NCBI GenBank assembly: GCA_002269645.1
Contig: NIVC01001030.1
Location: 1 to 12,260, forward strand
Reading direction: 5' to 3'
DNA length: 12,260 bases
From: Macrostomum lignano
Taxonomy: Eukaryota
Positions 11,360 to 12,260 of the stretch are shown here, piece after piece (within the stretch, counting starts at the first letter, position 1; every line of letters begins with the position of its first letter). The notes under the pieces were generated by a model. The model saw only the letters and a program-made list of their open reading frames with translations. It ran no database searches and was not told the DNA's origin. The position numbers and the translations under genes were made by a program.

Positions 11360-11987
11360 AGCGGGAGCCAGTTCCAGTGGGGAATCAGAGCGGGGAGGCC
11401 AGTTCCAGCGGGGAATCAGAGCGGGGAGGCCAGTTCCAGCGGGGTATCAGAGCGGAGAGGCCAGTTCCAGTGGGGAATCAGAGCGGGGAGGCCAGTTCCA
11501 GCGGGGAGGCCAGTTCCAGTGGGGAATCAGAGCGGGGAGGCCAGTTCCAGCGGGGAATCAGAGCGGGGAGGCCAGTTCCAGCGGGGAATCAGAGCGGGGA
11601 GGCCAGTTCCGGTGGGGAATCAGAGCGGGGAGGCCAGTTCCAGCGGGGAATCAGAGCGGAGAGGCCAGTTCCAGCGGGAGGCCAGTTCCAGTGGGGAATC
11701 AGAGCGGGAGGCCAGTTCCAGCGGGAATCAGAGCGGGGAGGCCAGTTCCAGCGGGAATCAGAGCGGGGAGGCCAGTTCCGGTGGGAATCAGAGCGGGAGG
11801 CCAGTTCCAGCGGGGAATCAGAGCGGGGAGGCCAGTTCCAGTGGGGAATCAGAGCGGAGGCCAGTTCAGTGGGGAATCAGAGCGGGGAGGCCAGTTCCAG
11901 CGGGGATCAGAGCGGAGGCCAGTTCCAGCGGGGAATCAGAGCGGGGAGGCCAGTTCCGGTGGGGAATCAGAGCGGGAGGCCAGTTCC
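11360..11987 (+). repeat. 22-unit variant cassette, copy F
   Basis: Same unit order, with S units at 11360, 11500 and 11673. The same double-variant unit starts at 11438, and GGAGAGG is at 11660. Confidence 0.9.
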
Positions 11988-12260
11988 ATCGGGGAATCAG
12001 AGCGGGAGGCCAGTTCCAGTGGGGAATCAGAGCGGGGAGGCCAGTTCAGCGGGGAATCAGAGCGGGGAGGCCAGTTCCAGCGGGGAATCAGAGCGGGGAG
12101 GCCAGTTCAGTGGGGAATCAGAGCGGGGAGGCCAGTTCCGGTGGGAATCAGAGCGGGGAGGCCAGTTCCAGCGGGAATCAGAGCGGGAGGCCAGTTCCAG
12201 CGGGAATCAGAGCGGGGAGGCCAGTTCCAGTGGGGAATCAGAGCGGGGAGCCAGTTCCAG

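Larger units (their letters stand above)
1..12260 (+). repeat. Tandem minisatellite/satellite array of a 31-bp G-rich monomer (AGYGGGGAATCAGAGCGGGGAGGCCAGTTCC) filling the window and open at both ends
   Basis: The monomer is seen uninterrupted from base 1 to 12260, always in the same orientation. Clean stretches show exact 31-bp spacing (unit starts 9022, 9053, 9084, 9115, 9146, 9177). The T-variant monomer has G14 A7 C6 T4 (~65% GC). About 40 interspersed 18-bp short units. Confidence 0.99.
7883..12260 (+). repeat. ~4.4-kb higher-order repeat period (second copy, runs to the window end)
   Basis: Colinear variant code with 3471-7587 up to about 11987. The last ~270 bp match the tail of the 2179 cassette better than the tail of the 6959 cassette. 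Confidence 0.75.

Noticed and set aside
1-12260. CRISPR array
   Set aside because: The ~31-bp periodicity is head-to-tail with no unique spacers, and there is no leader or cas gene.
1-12260. Immunoglobulin class-switch region
   Set aside because: It is G-skewed and contains TGGGG, but the defining AGCT/GAGCT motifs are essentially absent (one AGCT at 5001 in a noisy unit). The 49-bp S+T composite matching the S-gamma repeat length is judged coincidental.
1-12260. Telomeric repeat
   Set aside because: There is no TTAGGG-like short repeat. A subtelomeric location is possible but cannot be shown from this window.
1-12260. Chi, minisatellite-core or human PRDM9 recombination motifs
   Set aside because: Only partial resemblance (minus-strand CCTCCCC versus CCTCCCTNNCCAC). 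There is no GCTGGTGG and no GGGCAGGARG.
1-12260. Transcription-factor site array (AGTGGGGA MZF1-like; GTGGGAA CSL/RBPJ-like)
   Set aside because: Short G-rich matches are expected in such a repeat and the organism is unknown. The GTGGGAA instances arise from probable homopolymer deletion errors.
1-12260. Assignment to a named satellite family, viral reiteration or organism
   Set aside because: I do not recognise the monomer. A BLASTN, Dfam or Repbase search of the 31-mer would be needed.
1-12260. Variant order as a functional information-bearing code
   Set aside because: All the order I could detect is explained by nested duplication, and no associated enzyme or unique flank suggests programmed writing or reading.

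Overview
The whole 12,260-bp window is one head-to-tail tandem array of a G-rich 31-bp monomer (consensus AGYGGGGAATCAGAGCGGGGAGGCCAGTTCC, roughly 410-420 units by hand estimate). It has no unique sequence and no credible gene, RNA gene or CRISPR array. The four long plus-strand ORFs arise because the monomer has no stop codon on the + strand. The notable signal is in the ORDER of variant monomers. Code used below, by the first bases after TTCC: T=AGT, C=AGC, G=GGT, I=ATC, E=AGTGGAGAA, S=18-bp short unit. Reading the units this way shows nested structure: (1) the monomer is a 13+18 bp internal duplication; (2) there is a 6-unit sub-period; (3) a 22-unit (~640 bp) cassette recurs six times; (4) a ~4.4-kb higher-order repeat makes ~3.47-7.6 kb colinear with ~7.88-12.0 kb, preceded by a ~4.8-kb variant period. 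Scattered 1-bp homopolymer deletions suggest noisy long-read sequence, so single-copy differences should not be trusted. The best reading is a minisatellite/satellite array with higher-order organisation, probably eukaryotic (inference). I cannot name the organism or family, and I found no evidence of a new coding system. All unit parsing was done by eye and needs computational confirmation.
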